This document shows, piece after piece, positions 59,762-64,000 of a stretch of DNA of 64,000 nucleotides. A model generated the notes under the pieces. It worked only from the letters and a program-made list of their open reading frames with translations, searched no databases and had not been told where the DNA came from. Both the position numbers and the translations under genes were made by a program. The stretch is from Fistulifera solaris (Eukaryota). Location: assembly GCA_030295235.1 (NCBI GenBank), contig AP026125.1, forward strand, positions 1,488,001-1,552,000, in the 5' to 3' direction. The number at the start of each line of letters is the position of its first letter. Positions within the stretch are counted from its first letter, which is position 1.

Positions 59762-61085
59762 ATGAGACTAACACTTATATTTCTAGCTTTTCTTGCTGCT
59801 CAAGGTGGTTGTTTTACGACCCGTCCCTATGACGTTTCATCTACAGTCAACCGGAAAACGGAACTGTTTGCTACCCGACGAGACGTGCTAATACAAAGCA
59901 GTGGCTTGGTTCTTGCCTCCCTGTTGTCAGGAAAGCCTGCTGTAGCTGCTGCCCCCTCGACTATACTCGTGACAGGTGCTAACTCGGGTGTCGGTCTCGA
60001 AGCTTGCAAGCGTCTTGCACAAGATGGTCATGATTTAATTCTGGCGTGTCGTACCATGGAGAAAGCGACGGCTGCTGCCAATCAACTAAAACCACTCGGC
60101 GGTGGCGGTGCTATCTTGCCAGCAGAGTGCGATCTTGCTAGTTTAAAATCAATTGATGGGTTTGTTAATAAGCTTCCAGGATTACTGGGAAGCGGCGCGA
60201 AAATTGATGCCGTCTGTTTGAATGCGGGACTGTCACGGAACACGGCGGCAAAAGACTGCGCTAGAACGGCCGACGGTTTTGAGTTGACCGGTGAGAATCG
60301 TTTCTTTGAACGTTGAACGCAACCACACAGACATGACTTGATACTCATCTTAATGCCTCTCGTCGTTTCTTTCAGTTGGAACAAATCACTTTGGACATTT
60401 TTATCTGAATCATCTAGTTCTACCTTTTGTCAATCCTAACGGAAAGATCATCGTCACTGCCAGTGGTGTTCATGACCCAGAGAGTCCTGGTGGGGCGCAA
60501 GGCGAACCTGCAGGGCTAGGTAATTTGGACGGGCTAGCTAGGCAAGGAAAGAGCTGTGAGATGATTGACGGTTCGCCTTTCAATGCAGACAAAGCGTACA
60601 AAGATAGCAAGGTACGTCGAAGACATCACCATTGCGCTATTGTTGGTGCCGTGCTCGCAAACATGAATAACTAAGTCTTCATATAGCTTTGCAACGTTCT
60701 GTTTACGCGAGAACTTCAAAGGCGGCTGGAAATGAATGCTATTACAAAAGGTATTACAGTCAACTGTTTTAATCCTGGATTGATAGTAGGCACGGGCCTC
60801 TTTCGCGACCAAAATCCAATCTTTACCAAAGTTTTCGACTTTGCGGCAACAGATCTATTTAAGGTGGGAGAAACTCCCGATTGGGGTGGCGGGTGTTTGG
60901 GTTATATGACAACCGTCGACACAAGAGGGCTCTTCTACAGTAGTGCGCCGGGCTCATCCAAATACGGCGATGCTGCTTTTGGCAACCAATTCCAACCCTT
61001 TGCAATCAGCAAAGAAGCCCAAGACGACGCAAAAGCAAGATTACTATGGGAATTAAGCGCAAGAGAGCTCGGAATTTCAGCATAG
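59762..61085 (+). CDS. Protochlorophyllide-reductase-like short-chain dehydrogenase
   Basis: TGANSGVG, DLASL, NAG, NHFGHF, AYKDSKLCN, GLFRDQNP. Introns ~60291-60375 and ~60612-60686. Confidence 0.8.
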
Positions 61086-61573
61086 ATCTACCGGATTAGC
61101 GAGCCTGAATCAACAATGATACTCAATTCGCAAGTCGCTAATTAGTCCTAGCTATTATCCTCTAAAGTGCTGCGTGTTTTATCTATATTCCTGGTTTAGC
61201 GACACAAGAACTTCGTCGAACTCCGGTCGACTAGATTGAATCAACCAGAACCACCAACCACAGAAGGTTCTTGCAAAGTGTGATATGATAGCATCTGCTA
61301 TCAAGTGCAACAACAGTGCAGTTAAAAATTTCAAAAAAATGAGCCCCAAATTTGACTCTGTCCATCAGACGGCTCGGTATTCGTAATGTACATTAGCACG
61401 GATAGAATCTAAGGCGCCCCAGCTACGGTCCCATCGATCCCTACGGTCGTATGTTTTCGAGTTTGAATGAGGCCTCGCCGTAAGCTCCCTCGTCACGTGC
61501 TCACTTTCAAGCACTCCTGAATTTGTGGCAAGTAAACGGATGATGGTTAAAAAGCTTTATGCGACAGCGGACT

Positions 61574-62410
61574 TTAATGGCTCTTTTTTGGAGTTGATGT
61601 CGCGGTTCGTTGTTGTGAAGATCGTTTCGGAGAGTCTAAGTTTCGGGGCGCCCATTTGAGATTACCTAGAACTTCATCATCGGATAAAATACGCCATTGT
61701 CCGATCTCTAAGCCCGCGAGGGTAAGATTTGCTCCGATCGAGACCCTTTGTAGTTGCATGACGCCAGATCCCAAAGCGTGAAACATTCTGCGAACTTGTC
61801 TGTTTTTACCCTCATAAATCGTCAAGGACACTTTCGTCGTCTTGTGGGTAGGGTGGCCTAGAACAGCTATATCACTGGCGGGTGCGGTAAGACCTCCGTA
61901 CTTCTCTCCAATATCAACGCCATTTTCACGAACAGTACGGATAACAATTGAATCATTGTCGTGATAGCCCATGATGACGGCTTCGTACGTTTTCCCCAGT
62001 GGACCTAGTTCGAGGCTAGTCTTCGAGCTTTTATTCGTGACATGATGAACTAGTCCACCATCATTTGTAATGAGTAGTAAACCAGTTGTATTTGCATCAA
62101 GTCGCCCCACGGCATTCCATTCGGTTGGGTTCACTCCAGTCAGTTGCTGCAACGTCTTGTTCACATCGGATGGAGACGAGGCAACGAATCCGCGCATTGA
62201 CAAAACATCTTGATAGACGTTTACACGGCCCTTCGCATCAATCTCCTCATGTGTTGTGACTACACCGGAAGGCTTATTGTACAAAAGAACAACCGTCCGT
62301 CCACTTTGTCGGATAGGGATGGCCAAGCCGAACGCATGATCACGTGATGCAAGCAGCAGACCGAGGCAAGCAATGATTATCATTCTCGACAAAGCCTTTC
62401 CAAGCAACAT
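61574..62410 (-). CDS. Pseudouridine synthase, RsuA/RluB family (signal peptide; probably plastid)
   Basis: YNKPSGVVT, VGRLDANTTGLLLITNDG, EGKNRQVRRMF, LQRVSIG. Confidence 0.9.
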   Translation of the reverse strand: MLLGKALSRMIIIACLGLLLASRDHAFGLAIPIRQSGRTVVLLYNKPSGVVTTHEEIDAKGRVNVYQDVLSMRGFVASSPSDVNKTLQQLTGVNPTEWNAVGRLDANTTGLLLITNDGGLVHHVTNKSSKTSLELGPLGKTYEAVIMGYHDNDSIVIRTVRENGVDIGEKYGGLTAPASDIAVLGHPTHKTTKVSLTIYEGKNRQVRRMFHALGSGVMQLQRVSIGANLTLAGLEIGQWRILSDDEVLGNLKWAPRNLDSPKRSSQQRTATSTPKKSH

Positions 62411-62629
62411 CTCCGATTGTGACTGTCTGGGTATCCACAATGGGAAAGAATAATTAAATGGTTTGTTTCAAGTCATAATCTTTCCCTTATTATTATTGTC
62501 ATCCTGATGAAAAACGCAAGCGGATTAATTACGAGGCGCAAAACGAAGGCACGCGACAGACACGACGAAAAAAGTCAGTAGCTTATGTACGGGAAAGTAC
62601 TTGAGTCCCGATATGCAAATGATGTTGTA

Positions 62630-63960
62630 TTATTTAGTCACGAGTCTTCTAAGAGGGCCCAGTCTGTCCGTACACCCTCGATGACATTTTGCAAACACAC
62701 TGCGACATTACAAAAAGGCGTGAGTACCGCTCCGAAGTCATCTGTACTAAACGTATGAAGTCTATTACAAAATCTACTTTGTGGCTCTACTGTTTATTAA
62801 CCGTGTTATTGGGCCAAAAAATGCTGATGGGTTATTGCCCATGAAAAAATGCTTGGCTCATTTGTTGCCATTTTCAGTCCATCGATGACCTTAAAATGAA
62901 TATCTTCTCTAGTACATGACAATTTATGGATGCCTTTCTATTAACCATATTATGAGACACTTGGAGGGTGCGAAAAATGACGCAAAGGCCGTTCGGTGCT
63001 CAATTTCCCCCTATTTTTGTGACGAGGTGTCGACCCTCTCATTGATGGATCGATCAGGTCACGGCACATATTACAATGATCGACCGCTTTCATTAGCATT
63101 CGCGGTGCTCAAATGCCTCCCTGGTTGCTTTGAAGCTCGTCAAAACATGTTTAGGTTATAACCTTGTTCTCGAGCGTCAAGTATCCGTCTTGACTCACAG
63201 TCCATGCCGACGGCTCCTTGTTCTACTTCACGCATTTCCGATATCGGCCAACTCTCTATTAAGAGCGAAGCGATCACAATTTCCCTGACAGTACACGTGG
63301 ATGGCCTACGAGCTTGGAAAGCATACAAAATCTTTTCTCTGTGTCGTTCAAGGATTGTGAACAAGGCAGTCGTTCTAGTATCATTCAGGTTTCTATCCTA
63401 TGTTGCAAGCTTATGACCTCGATAAATCTGCGTTATTCAGATTGATGCAGCTGACATGTATTCGATGGATATGTTCGAGACTACTCTTCTATGAGTGCTA
63501 CTAAAAGGGGGGGATGAAGAGTGAGGAGGTTTCAATGAAAGTAGCTGTTGCCTTGTCGTAAACGAAAGGAAGTGATTGGGTAGCCACTAACCAATCCTCG
63601 TCACGTTCGCTGTCACAAGTTCTTGCTAAAGGCAAAGCAAACAAAAAATCTACTCTATGATGGCGGAAGTATTGTCAGAGCCAAGCGTACTACACCGATA
63701 CAAACATTCGTGTCGAGTTTAGGATCATGAGGTGGGTCTCCCTGCTACTACGCAACATTGTGCACCGAATCCGATAAAAGATGCTGCTGAAAATTAAGCT
63801 CAAGCGATAAAACGACCCCATAAAATGCTAGCGCTTGTTGCAGTATCATTGCAGTGATTTTGTCTGAAAACTAAAGCTAGAGCTCAATGACAACATAAGA
63901 AATTTTGCGTCGCACTTGTTCGTTGTGCTAAGTCACCCTCTGCGTTCTTTGCCTTCCAGG
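62630..63960 (-). repeat. Decayed dispersed repeat, copy B (probably continues past the window end)
   Basis: Collinear reverse-complement homology to 1250-2625 along its whole length. Confidence 0.8.
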
Positions 63961-64000
63961 TTGCCCCAATCAGCGACGACCTCACAAGTGAAGGATTTTT

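Overview
Gene-dense eukaryotic DNA, very likely from a pennate diatom. It has short GT-AG introns, many bipartite signal-peptide/ASAF-type plastid presequences and a diatom-type zeaxanthin epoxidase. About 33 protein-coding genes can be read. They include LMF, a type-B carboxylesterase, THOC5, TFIIE-beta, a short-chain acyl-CoA dehydrogenase, LPA3, DeSI, CGL160-like, HMGB, an amino-acid transporter, PEX10, a TTL/PLP-enzyme fusion, ALKBH8, a DEAD-box helicase, FkbM, Kelch, CSP41, ZEP, a TPK channel, ADPRM, BSD, PRS, a POR-like SDR and an RsuA-family pseudouridine synthase. Many carry single-base frameshifts, mostly at homopolymers, which are most likely assembly errors. The non-coding DNA is the most interesting part. 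(1) An intact 394-bp miniature LTR retrotransposon (TRIM) at 44208-44601 has 121-bp TG...CA LTRs, a PBS, a PPT and a 6-bp TSD. Each LTR carries a tRNA-like 3' half whose CCA-matured end would pair with the element's own PBS, which suggests a self-encoded primer (inference). (2) Five dispersed arrays of a 52-56-bp unit built on the palindrome TCCAGA(A/T)TTCTGGA-type core all lie directly upstream of gene starts. (3) A ~1.4-kb decayed, formerly coding repeat occurs at both ends of the window. (4) Two further degenerate tandem families have ~205-222-bp periods and conserved hairpins. All calls come from reading the sequence by eye; no database searches were run.
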